A stretch of DNA of 64,000 bases. It comes from Pocillopora damicornis. Lineage: Eukaryota. This document shows, one piece after another, positions 1-11,701 of the stretch. The stretch is taken from assembly GCF_003704095.1 (NCBI RefSeq), contig NW_020844059.1, positions 186,001 to 250,000 on the forward strand. The letters run 5' to 3'. The notes below the pieces were generated by a model, which was not told where the DNA came from, made no database searches, and saw only the letters and a program-made list of their open reading frames with translations. A program made the translations under genes and the position numbers. Positions within the stretch are counted from its first letter, which is position 1. The number at the start of each line of letters is the position of its first letter.

Positions 1-957
1 GAGCGGATGATAGTGTATGATGGTTTTTATCTCATTGCGTGATTTTTTTCAACTATCACAAACCGTTTGAACGCAAACAATATAGTCATTGATAGTTCTA
101 ACTATCAGCGACAATCATGACCGTTTGATCCGCGCTTAGGAAGTATTTTCATAAATCCGAGTTTTGTAAACAGCATAATTGCCGATGAGAGAAGGAAAAT
201 ATCACCGCATGTGTAATCTTTTATTGCTACACACGAATTGATCTTATTAGTGAAAGCTAACTGATGCGCCACGAATAAAGTTTCGAAAGCTTCCTGGTTC
301 TGGGCTCAAGTTATTTGCTGCATTCCACTATCAATTCGGAATGTTTTAAAACAATGTCATTTAAAATTGCGAGTAATGTCAGCTAACTATTACACTGTAA
401 GTACTTTGTTACGAGAACAAAATCTGACATCAAAATTTACCGCGTTTCAAGATCAATGTCATCAGTTGACTGTTTTTGGGTCAGGGGAGGGGTAGGCAAG
501 CAGTTGCTCAGATACTAACATTGCTCCGCTTTTCATTATCCAGATGAGAATTAAAGACTTTAAGGCCCAGTTTTATCTTAAAGATAGTTCATTCTCCGAA
601 TCGGCATCTATAATAATAGTGCATAATACCATACATATACCTGAGAATGTTAAAGGTTCAATGACATCGTTGTTCATTATGTTACTAAAATTTACTTTAA
701 AGAATAAAAGACATTAAGTTTTGACTGTATTTTTTTTTAAATCTCCATTCACTTTTATTTCTTCTAGAGAAAGAACTTTCAGAAAAATAATTCTGCCTTC
801 AAATAACTGTCATGGTTAATGGTTCTACCAGGTTAAGGACAATCACCGATCAAAGTCTCATAATGGGAATATTCCGTCCTTTCGAGTCTCGGATGCCCTA
901 GGGGGAGGGGGATAATTGGTGATTAGGGACCGTTTAATATTTATTGTCTGGGGGAGG

Positions 958-1339
958 NNNNNNNNNNNNNNNNNNNNNNNNNNNNNNNNNNNNNNNNNNN
1001 NNNNNNNNNNNNNNNNNNNNNNNNNNNNNNNNNNNNNNNNNNNNNNNNNNNNNNNNNNNNNNNNNNNNNNNNNNNNNNNNNNNNNNNNNNNNNNNNNNNN
1101 NNNNNNNNNNNNNNNNNNNNNNNNNNNNNNNNNNNNNNNNNNNNNNNNNNNNNNNNNNNNNNNNNNNNNNNNNNNNNNNNNNNNNNNNNNNNNNNNNNNN
1201 NNNNNNNNNNNNNNNNNNNNNNNNNNNNNNNNNNNNNNNNNNNNNNNNNNNNNNNNNNNNNNNNNNNNNNNNNNNNNNNNNNNNNNNNNNNNNNNNNNNN
1301 NNNNNNNNNNNNNNNNNNNNNNNNNNNNNNNNNNNNNNN
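958..1339. other. Assembly gap; others at 11202-11378 and 39197-39677
   Basis: Runs of N. Confidence 1.
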
Positions 1340-1634
1340 AAGATAACAGAATTTCATTAAATTTTCAAACTAGACCTGTTTCTTCTACATTTTTGTGTTT
1401 AAGGGTAGTTCTACTTTACATTTCTTTATTTTAAACACTAGCTCTCTAATATGAAAATTTAGGCAAGTCGACATAAAGCCTTGAGCAACTGATCGCTACA
1501 GCACCACTGTTTTTTTGCTCCTCTGAAAAGACAGTCCTTCACAGACATTAAAAATCTGGGTGCTACCTTTTTCCCTGACTCCAGATGATTTTGTTCTCTA
1601 ATCTTTACGTAACAAATGGAAATATATTTTCTTA

Positions 1635-3395
1635 TTAACCAAAAATCATGTTAGACAAGAAGACGCAAGACAATACGATATAGTTACGGAAAAGGAAGCA
1701 CCGTTTAAGAGCACCAGATGTAGAATGGCAAGTATGGGGCTCCTCTAACAACATCCTCTCGTAGAACTCATTCCAAAACGCCATTTTTGTTGGTTTGTAG
1801 TTGACAGCCATCTCAGGCTGCGACTGGACACGAAGATACACCATGTGACTCGTGTTGAATCCTTCCCATGATACATCGTTGACAGGCTGTGGTGTAGGTT
1901 TACCATATTTGGCAAAGTTCGTAAAAAGCGTGATTAACATGTAGCTTAGGTTTCGGTCTGCCTCGTTATACTGTTGTAAAATGGTTAGATTCATTAAAGG
2001 AAACCCAAACTGGTACGGGGTGTCATCCTTATGTGAGGGTCCTTTCCATGCGGGCCTTAGGTTGAGCGTAGACATATGTGCAAATTCGTACATGAACACA
2101 GGAGCGTTTTTACTGTGAAGAGCCAGATCTGCATGGGTTGGGGCACTCATGGTGAAGTCCCCGACTTCATCTGCTAATGCAATTTTCACCTTAATGTGAT
2201 CATTTTGATCGGGCCACGGTGTATACAACAACATTAAGGTATCGAGAAGAGTCTTTGGAAGATCTCCGTTCAACATTTGTCCATACTCGTTGCCAATCGT
2301 ATTAAATACCTCCTTAGTTCGATGAAGGAAATCTTCAGGCGTTGTGTTCTCGAGGAATTGTGGGAAAAAGTAGGTGCCTTCCTGGCTAGTAAACCCAGCC
2401 AAGTACGGAACATGATGGAAATTTCCGGCCCTTCTCAGCTTTCGTGGAGTGTCCAGAAGAAAGTTTCCATCAACTATGGGCCTCCACACATTTGCATCCT
2501 TCACTGAGAACTTCAAGGCGTCAATCGAACGTAGACATTTGATCATTCTACCACTATCCTCTGCTTCACAACCCACCTGTTTGGCGGCCATCTTGCTCTG
2601 TTTTGTTACTTCTTCGTTTGACCCAATGGCAAAAGGGGAGAGGTCCACTCCGCTGTTCGATATTGCATGGTGAAAAAGACCCTTCGTAAGAGGGGACAAG
2701 AGTAGAAGGCCTACGCTGGACCCTCCAGCGCTCTCACCAAATATGGTAACCGCCGACGAATTACCCCCAAAGGGCTCTATGTTGTTTTGGATCCATTTTA
2801 GAGCCTCGACCTGATCCAACATTCCATAATTTCCAGGAGCCTTCACGTCACCAGAAGTAATGAACCCAAAGGGGCCTAAGCGGTATTGTATGGTCACCAG
2901 AACGACACCCCATAAGGGGATCACATCTCCCGGACTGACAGCGGGGGTTCCAGCTTCATAGCCCCCTCCGTGAATGTAAACCATGACTGGAAAGAGTTCC
3001 TTGGAGCTCGAGTTCCGATGGGGTGAATACACATTTAGATACAAGCAATCTTCGCTTTGTGGAATGGAAAGATTTGGCCAGAAGAACTCATTGTACTCAG
3101 GATCTTGAATACAGATGTCCTTAAAATGCGAGGCATCGTAAATGGACGGGTTCCAAACCTGGGGGGGCTGCGGAGGCTTAAACCGTAACTCACCCACAGG
3201 CGGCGCTGCAAACGGAATCCCAAGAAATTTATCCACAGCTCGGATGGGCATGCTGAGGTCATCAAAACGACGAGTATTTCCCCTGACCGATCCAAATCGT
3301 GTTTTCACTATAATCAAATCATCTTCAGCAAAAGCTAAGAAAAGTCCTGCGGTCATTAAAAAGGAAACTATGTAGCAGGTCTTGAAGAATACCAT
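1635..3395 (-). CDS. Type-B carboxylesterase/cholinesterase-like protein, paralogue 1 (single exon)
   Basis: The ATG at 3395 opens a hydrophobic signal peptide (MVFFKTCYIVSFLMTAGLFLAFA). Motifs: FLGIPFAAPP, SEDCLYLNVY, HGGGY, GESAG, FTSQEG, GPSHKDD. Hydrophobic C-terminus. No intron. Confidence 0.93.
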   Translation of the reverse strand: MVFFKTCYIVSFLMTAGLFLAFAEDDLIIVKTRFGSVRGNTRRFDDLSMPIRAVDKFLGIPFAAPPVGELRFKPPQPPQVWNPSIYDASHFKDICIQDPEYNEFFWPNLSIPQSEDCLYLNVYSPHRNSSSKELFPVMVYIHGGGYEAGTPAVSPGDVIPLWGVVLVTIQYRLGPFGFITSGDVKAPGNYGMLDQVEALKWIQNNIEPFGGNSSAVTIFGESAGGSSVGLLLLSPLTKGLFHHAISNSGVDLSPFAIGSNEEVTKQSKMAAKQVGCEAEDSGRMIKCLRSIDALKFSVKDANVWRPIVDGNFLLDTPRKLRRAGNFHHVPYLAGFTSQEGTYFFPQFLENTTPEDFLHRTKEVFNTIGNEYGQMLNGDLPKTLLDTLMLLYTPWPDQNDHIKVKIALADEVGDFTMSAPTHADLALHSKNAPVFMYEFAHMSTLNLRPAWKGPSHKDDTPYQFGFPLMNLTILQQYNEADRNLSYMLITLFTNFAKYGKPTPQPVNDVSWEGFNTSHMVYLRVQSQPEMAVNYKPTKMAFWNEFYERMLLEEPHTCHSTSGALKRCFLFRNYIVLSCVFLSNMIFG

Positions 3396-6300
3396 CGTTG
3401 TCGACTTGTCATGTAAAAAAACAGCGCTCCGTGCGTTATCCGACCGAAACAAAAGCAAAACAACCTCAAAGATTACCTAGGTCATATAATTGCTTGCAAT
3501 CTCACACCGACAAATACTAGAAGGCTCCTTCCGTTTCCATAAATGAAAACTTAGTGACAGACAGTTTCAATCTGTCTCCCATTTGACTCGCGCTTCTTTC
3601 AACGCACAGTGACTTATAGAACTTGACCTGTGTTAGATAACTCAGCAAAAATGTTTTGCACGAGTTTATTTAAGGAAGTCGAGAACTTAATGGCCGCAAT
3701 ACAAATAATGTGGTCTTGATAACAGAGCATCCTTGATTATAAATAACAACTCGTTCAAGAATAAACGATTACCAATTAAGAAGTCATTACATTCCTCAAC
3801 TCGAACATTATTTCCTTGAGGAAAAAAATGGTTCAACTTTGCTCCAACCCCAAAAGCTAAATTCCTTCTTCTCGAACTTCCTGATACCGAGGAAGCATCA
3901 AGAAGGATTAAGATTCGAAGCTATGCATAATCGTGACACAAAGTATTTAAATTCAGCGATCATGATAAAAGTCAATTTTAGACGTTCTCATTCCGTAGAA
4001 ACAACGAGATGTTTAGTTCAGGGAGGTGGGAGGGAGGGGGGGGAGAAGGCAGCTTGGAAAAGATTTGTTATCAAACACTTCGTCTTGAAATTCATTTAGG
4101 AGGTCAGGTTATTTTTTTCCGAACGTCCAAGAGATAATTAACCATAATTTAATTAACCTCTTGATAATTTCAAAATCTACGTGGTGAGGTGTGATTTCTA
4201 GTCATAGAAATTACACGGACTAAAACGTCTAAAAATTCACCACGGCTTTTAGGTTATTCCGCACTCCCTCCACACCCCCTCCCCCCTTCTCTTTTCAAAA
4301 TGTTTGGTTTAATAGCCTTTCAAATTCGACGTGGGGGTTCAAATTCATAAGTGGCTTGGATTGCCTAAAGAAGTAAACAGTTGAGATTCGATTTTCAGCT
4401 GAAACAGATCACGCTTCCTAAAAGTCTTGATCTTCACAACAATCTCGCTCAGAAAGAGTCCCATCTACTTCTGACGGCCCTCCAATTCATTGCAGATCTG
4501 TTCGTTTTAATCTGAGGCCGGCCAAATCCTGCGACATGGAAAACAACTTACATCATCTGTGAGAAATGTCTGTGTTATTAAGTATCAAGTGTTCTCTAAT
4601 GAACCGGCCTGCATGGCAGAAGTTCAATTTCTCAGCCCACCCTCGACAGGTGGTTATCAGATTTTATTCTTTATTTTTATTGACGTAGATGGAAACTAAT
4701 GCCAGCATGTACTGAAAGCCTGTTGACGTCACAAATTTTGCATTCGTAGTAATTTTATCCGCTTACGTTTCATGACCAGTAATCAAAATATGTAACCTTG
4801 GCCATTTTCCACACCGCTTTTCAATGGCCATGGACTGTTTCCAGAGGAGACTAATCACAGTAAGGCAAAAAGAACCCAGAGCAAAATATTATTACGATAA
4901 TTTTTTCTCGGGGAGGGGCGGTTGGAAGATTTTGGTTGCGTCACAATAACATTTACCTGATCCCCCCCCATAAAAAGCTCGATCCGTAGTATTCAAATGA
5001 TTCCCCTCCCCCCCCCCCCCCCCCCCCCCCCGTCATTGGCCGTCAAATTTCTACAGTCTCCCCTCTATACTCTGTTCGAGACGACTCATCCCCCCTCCGG
5101 TCCCCCTTGAAACCATTTGATCCCCCCAAAATCTTCTGATTCCTCACGTGATAAATAATTACTGGTCCATGACGCCTCAAACGCGGGGAAAACGCGAATG
5201 ATCTGGTCACTGTTAGTTTTAGTTTTAGTTTTAAAGCTGAATCGTTAGGAAATTGGTGTAGGTATATTCTTGACCAATCGGAGGGGGCGACGAACAAAAC
5301 AAATGCGATCCCCTGTTTATTTTAAAGACTTAATTGGGGATTATTTTGGTCTAGACTATACATTATCTGTCTGATTGAAGATCAAAGTTACTGAAGAAGA
5401 AAGCGAGGAAACAATGACGAAAATGGAGGGGGAAAAAGTTAGAAAAATTGTCAGATATTGATACCGGACCACCATGACCACCAGACCTGTGAGGAAATAT
5501 TACCTAACTCTTAACCCAACAATGTTTTTGCTCGCACGCGATGTAGGTTTTGACGCATCACATGACAGAATATGCCCCAGCTAAAACTGGGAAATATCTA
5601 GTGCTGTATATACCCCAAGGGATGTTTCCTTACTTTTCAAACGTTACATCCACGGAAAACTCTGAAGTAATCTTAAATTTGACTCAAGATGAGAGAGCGT
5701 TTCGCTGTTGTTACAGAAGAAGAGACATTATTGTTTATAAAATAGTACCAGTGGGCACTGAAAAGTGAACATCCCACGCCTTAAACGATAGCCTATTCGT
5801 AAACATTTTTCCAGTGCGTTACAAAATATTCGTAAGATGTTTGTTTGTTAACTTCCATTTGGCACGAGAATAAGTACTTGGACGTTATCTGTTCTTTGCA
5901 GCTCAGTTTTCTTCGAGCTTCGCTCTCGGAAATCTCTGCGCATCTTGGTAAAGATAATGTCTGTGAACAACTATCCGAGCATATTTTCACGCCACATGGA
6001 GTCTATTACTTATTTGTCAGCATCATGCTTAGTATACGATTATTGGCATGTAAGATTCATTCAACCTTGACGAAGCTTTCTCTCTCCTTGTCTCAGATAT
6101 TTAAGATTTCAACAACCTTACTTTCCACTCAGAGACTTAATTAATATTCAGGAACGTAGTAATCAGTCATTTTGGACGTGCAATGCATGCTACACGGTTC
6201 GCGCGCGCATCTAAATACGAAAAGCGTGCTGACAAGTACCCTAATCAATCTTAGGTTCTCAGTATTGTATTGTAAAATCTCATTTTTTACCAAAGAAATT

Positions 6301-6757
6301 TAGTAAATCGAACAAATCAGGAGAATTATATAACAGGTATTTTTAAAACACAACCATACAAGAAAAAAAAAAGCCGTGTTCAAGTTTGATATGATAACAC
6401 AACTTTTGATTTGGAAGACTTTCGGTGTCGTTATGATGTAAACTCCGCTTCAAAAGTGACGTGGCTAAGGCAAGAGTCATTATTAATCGCGTGGGAGAGG
6501 GGGGGTGGAGGATTTTTGGGGCGGATCATAGGGTTTCACGAACAGATAATAAAGGGAAAGCTTCAGAAAATTGACTGCCAATTAACTGCCAATGATGGCG
6601 GGGAGCATTATGGGGGATAAAGTAGATTTTATGTGACATAACCAAAAACCCTCAAGCCCCCTTCTCTCCCCCTTAACTGTTTGCTAAAAACAGAAAATTA
6701 GTACGATGGTTTAAATCAGTGGACTTGCTGATCATGGTGAGGCAAAACAGTTAGAGA

Positions 6758-9008
6758 TTAGCAAAGACTTTTGAAAATTGTCAAAGCAAGCGTGGGCAAG
6801 ACATGAATACTGGCAACTTTGGCACTAGCGCTATTGATATTTGTACCAAAGCCGACTTGAATTAGTTTAGGATGGTAATTGTTCCAAAATGCCACTCGAC
6901 GAGGAGCAAATGAAGCGGCCATCTTGGATTTGTTGTCAACTCGGATGTAAGCTCTGTGACTTGAGTCGTACTTCTCCCACGTAACACCGCTGACTGGCAG
7001 TGGTGTTGGATCGCCATACTTGGCAAAGTTTGTATACAGTTCCATGATCGTCAAACTAATGTCTTTGTCGATGTCATCAAAGAAAGGTAACGTCAAAGGA
7101 GCGCCAAAGTCAAAAGGCGCGTTTGCGTCGTGAACCACACCCATCCACTCTGGCGTGGGACTCGCTGTCTTTGAACGGTGTGCGAATTCGTACATGTAAA
7201 CTGGCGCGTATTTGCTGTGAATATCGGCCACCTTGTGACTTGGTGCAAAGTAGATGTAATCTCCAATTAGGTCGACAAGCTGACTTCTTAGTGCATATTT
7301 GTCACTGTTGTCAGGCCATGGGGTGTACATAAATTCCAGCGCGTCTGCGATAAGGACAGCGGTTTCGTTTCTGGAGATGAAAAGACGAAAGCATCAAGTT
7401 TGTCTAAGGATCGAGGATTATGGCTCCTGGTTGTTTTTTTGTTTGTTTGTTTGTTTTTTTCCTTTTGAACTGCAACCTGTTTCGCTTCGCCTTTGGAAAA
7501 GTTGGAAAATTTTGGATTTGGTTGTGAGGAAACGGGAACTGTTGATGGTCAAATGTCTTAATTAAACTCCTTATCATAGTTTAAGATAGGCATTAAATAA
7601 GACTGATTATAAATTGAAATATTTCACAAATTTCTTCCCAATTCTTTTAAGATAGACTGGGAGATACTGTTTTGTCATCCTGGATGTTCACTCTTGGAAG
7701 TAAGTGGAACAAACTCTATTAAATATGAACGTTCTTTATAGACGGCGTTTCGTCCCCACCACACCCACTTTATTCTGGGAAGGAAAGGGGTTACTAAAAG
7801 TTTTACTACTTCATTTCAAGACATGGAACAACACTGACGACAAAGTTAAAACAATTTAAAACTAACCTGCTGCTTTGAGCATGTGCGAGCCTTGTTACAA
7901 ACTTCTTAAAGTATGACGGGCTTACACCGTTGTTCACATTCTCTGTGAGTCCGAAAGAAGATTTCGCTACGGGGCCAAGAAAAGTTGAACCCTCGTTGCT
8001 GGTGAAACTTATCATCAACGGCACTTTCTTGAAATCTCCTCTTCTACGCATCTGTTGGGGAGAGTCATCGAGAAAATTCCTATCCACGATTGGAGCCCAA
8101 CGGACGTACTGATGATGCGTATTCTTCACTGATTCCGCAGCTTTCTGTATTTCCGAGCCTTCTTTACCGCGTACGCAATCAACCATTAAGGTATGATCGC
8201 TTGTTGTGCAGTCCAGTTTTTTGGCAAGCTCTTTGGCAAAATGCACACCGATTGAAGTTGGTTGAGTTGCAAATGAGCTCAGATCTACTCCGCTCTCTGC
8301 AATGGCTTGGTGGAAAAGATTTTTTGACAGCGGTGATAGTAGATGAAGGCTGACACTTGTTCCTCCAGCGCTTTTTCCAAAGATAGTCACCTTGCTGGGA
8401 TCCCCACCAAAATTCTTAATGTTCTCTTTGACCCATTTTAGAGCTGCGACCTGATCCAGTATTCCATAATTTCCGGAAGCAGCGGAATCCCCGGTGGTCA
8501 TGAAACCAAATGGACCGAGACGGTATTGAATCACGACAACCACCACCCCATGAAGAGCTAACATGTCGCTTTGAAATATTAATGCAGTGCCACTGTCATA
8601 ACCTCCCCCATGAATATACACCATCACGGGTAAACTCAAAGTTACATTTGGGCTGTAGATATCGAGGTACAAACAATCCTCGCTGTAGACAAAATCTTGA
8701 GTGAATATTCGAATGAAGACCTCATAGTCGTCATCTTGCCAGCAAATGTTGCCGTGTTGTTTAGCTTGACGCACGTCTGGTTTCCATTGCCGTGGAGGAT
8801 CTGGTGGTTTGAATCTGAGGTTTCCAATCGGTGGTGCAGCGAATGGAACTCCAAGAAACTTGCTGACAGACTTGAATGGTCCAGTAGAATTTTGATAAAA
8901 ACTTTCAACACCTTCAATGTCCCCATACTTTGTGGAAACCATGGTTGATTTGATTTGAGGCAAACACACCACGAATAAGAAAAGCTTCGCTAAAACCGTC
9001 GAAAACAT
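6758..9008 (-). CDS. Carboxylesterase paralogue 2; exons 9008-7867 and 7370-6758
   Basis: A phase-2 GT-AG intron (AG|GTTAGT ... CTCCAG|A) joins ...AQSSR to NETAVLIADALEFMYTPW. Motifs SEDCLYL, GKSAG, FTSNEG, GVVH. Signal peptide and hydrophobic tail. Confidence 0.92.
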
Positions 9009-9614
9009 CCCTGTTTACTTCTCTTAAAGATGATACGAACAAGTTTAACTTATAAATTCGTGACCCTATCGAAATATTGATCACCACCGGATAGGCATAC
9101 TCAACATACCAGAAGTAACTCAAGCGTGTATAGGCAAGTTGGGTTTGAGACGAATTTATATATGTATAAACAATGCGTTTAATTGCTAATCGCAAGACTA
9201 GGCAAGCGTTTCTCATACCAATGAAGTTCGCGAAGGGAAACGACGTTTTAAACAGAACGAATTGCAATGAGAGTTGTTTTGTGGCAAAGTGGACAAGTTT
9301 AATTTCGAAAGAGAAGTTTATGAAAAAGTGTGATGAATTTTAATCTGAGCTGTTTGCGCACAACAGTGTGACTAGATGATAAATGTAAAGTGAGGTGGAG
9401 TAGATCATTAAAAATTAAAAAATCTTTGCACGTACATTTGATTTGCATATCATTCTAGAAAAATAAGGAAGTTATTCGGACGTACCAACAAAGAACTGGC
9501 AGACGAGTCGCACTCGGAAATTGCAAAAAAAAAAATGCATTTTTCTTGATATACATGAATTGTCGCGATTTGTTGAGTCATTTTTATGATGGACGAAATT
9601 GCCATACCTTCAAA

Positions 9615-9828
9615 GAGGGTCTTAATGGGGTTAACCGTTAGCCGTAAAACGGCCAAAAAATTTAGCCGTTAGGCGTAAAGATCGACAAATTTTAACCGTT
9701 AGTCGTAAAAATAGTTTACCTCAAACAATATGTCAAGTGGAAACAATGGAAAGGTGTTAACCGTTAGCCGTAAATTGGCCAAAATTTTAACCGTTAGCCG
9801 TAAAAGCCATCACCCCATTGAGACCCTC
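9615..9828. mobile_element. 214-bp non-autonomous DNA element with 16-bp TIRs, a 6-bp flanking direct repeat and five internal 18-mer repeats
   Basis: GAGGGTCTTAATGGGG ... CCCCATTGAGACCCTC (one mismatch), TTCAAA on both sides, and internal TTAACCGTTAGCCGTAAA-like units. Confidence 0.85.
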
Positions 9829-11701
9829 TTCAAATGTATTTCTTTATTCACTTAAAATGCACGATATTTATTATTTCAGTTAGGTCAATATATGTATCCT
9901 TTTAGTCGGGATAACCTCTTCTCCTTTAATAGCAATACTCATAGCTATGACACAAGGCACGCTTTTCGCTTACCATACTGCAAATATAACGCAGGTTCCG
10001 TTTTCTTTCAAAGTCCTGCATTTTTCAATACCCTTACTTGCAAAGTTAAAAACACTCCAACTCTAGCGTCCTTCAACTATTATCAACCTCCTTCTTTCTT
10101 TTTTTTTCCTCCTGATGCTAATCTGGCTTTACGCCTATGCATCTTTTTCGATGTTTTGTCCGGCACATTCTTTTTGTTCCTTAATTTGGGAGAAAACCTA
10201 ATCGCATGCAAGCATCGTGGTTTCATATAAATCTCCTCGCCACACACTTTGCTATATTTCACGTAGCTTATCGTGCTTGCTTGTTTTTTATTGTAATATG
10301 GCAAATTAATCAATGAATAAAGATTTATTACTGAAAAAAAACTTCCTTAAACGGCGAGATAGAAGACGTATCGTAAATGAAGGCCTTGGAAAGTTTAGGC
10401 TAAATATTTCTATATGGACCGATATACTCATGTCGTTCATTCACTTGGACTTACCTCTGATTAAACCGTGTAATGCGAAATATTTATGAGAACAATTTGC
10501 CCAAGGCATACTGAAGTGTTTGTTCCATTAATTGGATAAATAACTTGGCTATGAGATAATCTGTATTTATTGGTTAGCACACCCTTCATCGAAGTTGATT
10601 ATTCTTATATATCACTGCTTATAATTAAGTTCATAGTATTCCAATAAAGCAGTTGTGTAGCGGTCGTGACTTGGTCCATTCCCGCATTAATCTAAAGAAG
10701 AAGTGTATCAGACCCTAGTATACAACAACTGGCGACGAGGAGTGCCCACTCTTGGAATGATTGAGTCCCTCAGCCCCAGTTCAGACGACTGGAACGCATT
10801 CTGCGGCACGCACCTGCTATCAGCATTTGAAAAGGGTTGACTGTTTTCCGCGTACGTTTGGCATTCGTGCCGTGCACACTAATTGTACGCTTCATTTCAG
10901 TGAAAGGATCTAAGTATCTACGTTACAGTTTGTGAAATAATTTGATCAAAAATAAAAAGTAGAACCCCCGCAAACTCGAACTCCTAAGGGAAACAAAAAA
11001 ATGGTTCTACTTAGCAGGGGTCTGAGCCAGCTGACGGTAAATGATTGGAAAAAATGCTGTCAAGTGGAATCAGATTGGTTTATACTTCCCAGCTTTTAAG
11101 TTTTTCAGTCTTATCAATTCGACCCGTGGGGGATTAAGAAGGAAGGTACGAGGGATGTGTACCCCCACCCTATCATACCCGATGTATTTTAACAACTGGG
11201 GNNNNNNNNNNNNNNNNNNNNNNNNNNNNNNNNNNNNNNNNNNNNNNNNNNNNNNNNNNNNNNNNNNNNNNNNNNNNNNNNNNNNNNNNNNNNNNNNNNN
11301 NNNNNNNNNNNNNNNNNNNNNNNNNNNNNNNNNNNNNNNNNNNNNNNNNNNNNNNNNNNNNNNNNNNNNNNNNNNNNNAGAGCAGAGTTGCATAGCTTAA
11401 TAAATTGGTGTTAACTATCGTGACTTTAAGTTTACTGTACCGTGATTAATTCAATTTATTCCATTTTTGTTACTCTGTAGCTGTGTTTGTTTACATACAG
11501 CCTCCCTGACGTGCAACTTTGATGACAGTTCTCCGGCATTCCCAGGACAACATGAATGCCACGAAAGCTTTTGTTATTGTCTACAGATTAAAATTTTACA
11601 TTCCGTTCTGTGAGAGTTTTCAGTAGCTATAACAACGAACACTACACCGGCATTTTGTACTCGAGTCACACACAGAACGGAGATAATTGCGGTGAAGAAA
11701 C

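Noticed and set aside
916-1434. ORFs spanning N runs (also 11041-11400 and 39107-39742)
   Set aside because: Artefacts of translating assembly gaps.
4414-4515. LRR-like peptide LPKSLDLHNNL
   Set aside because: Single short match, closed by a stop, with no repeat or exon support.
9631-9805. CRISPR-like repeat-spacer array
   Set aside because: The repeats are only about 18 bp with short uneven spacers, are enclosed by TIRs and a TSD, have no cas genes nearby and sit in animal DNA. They are internal repeats of a MITE.
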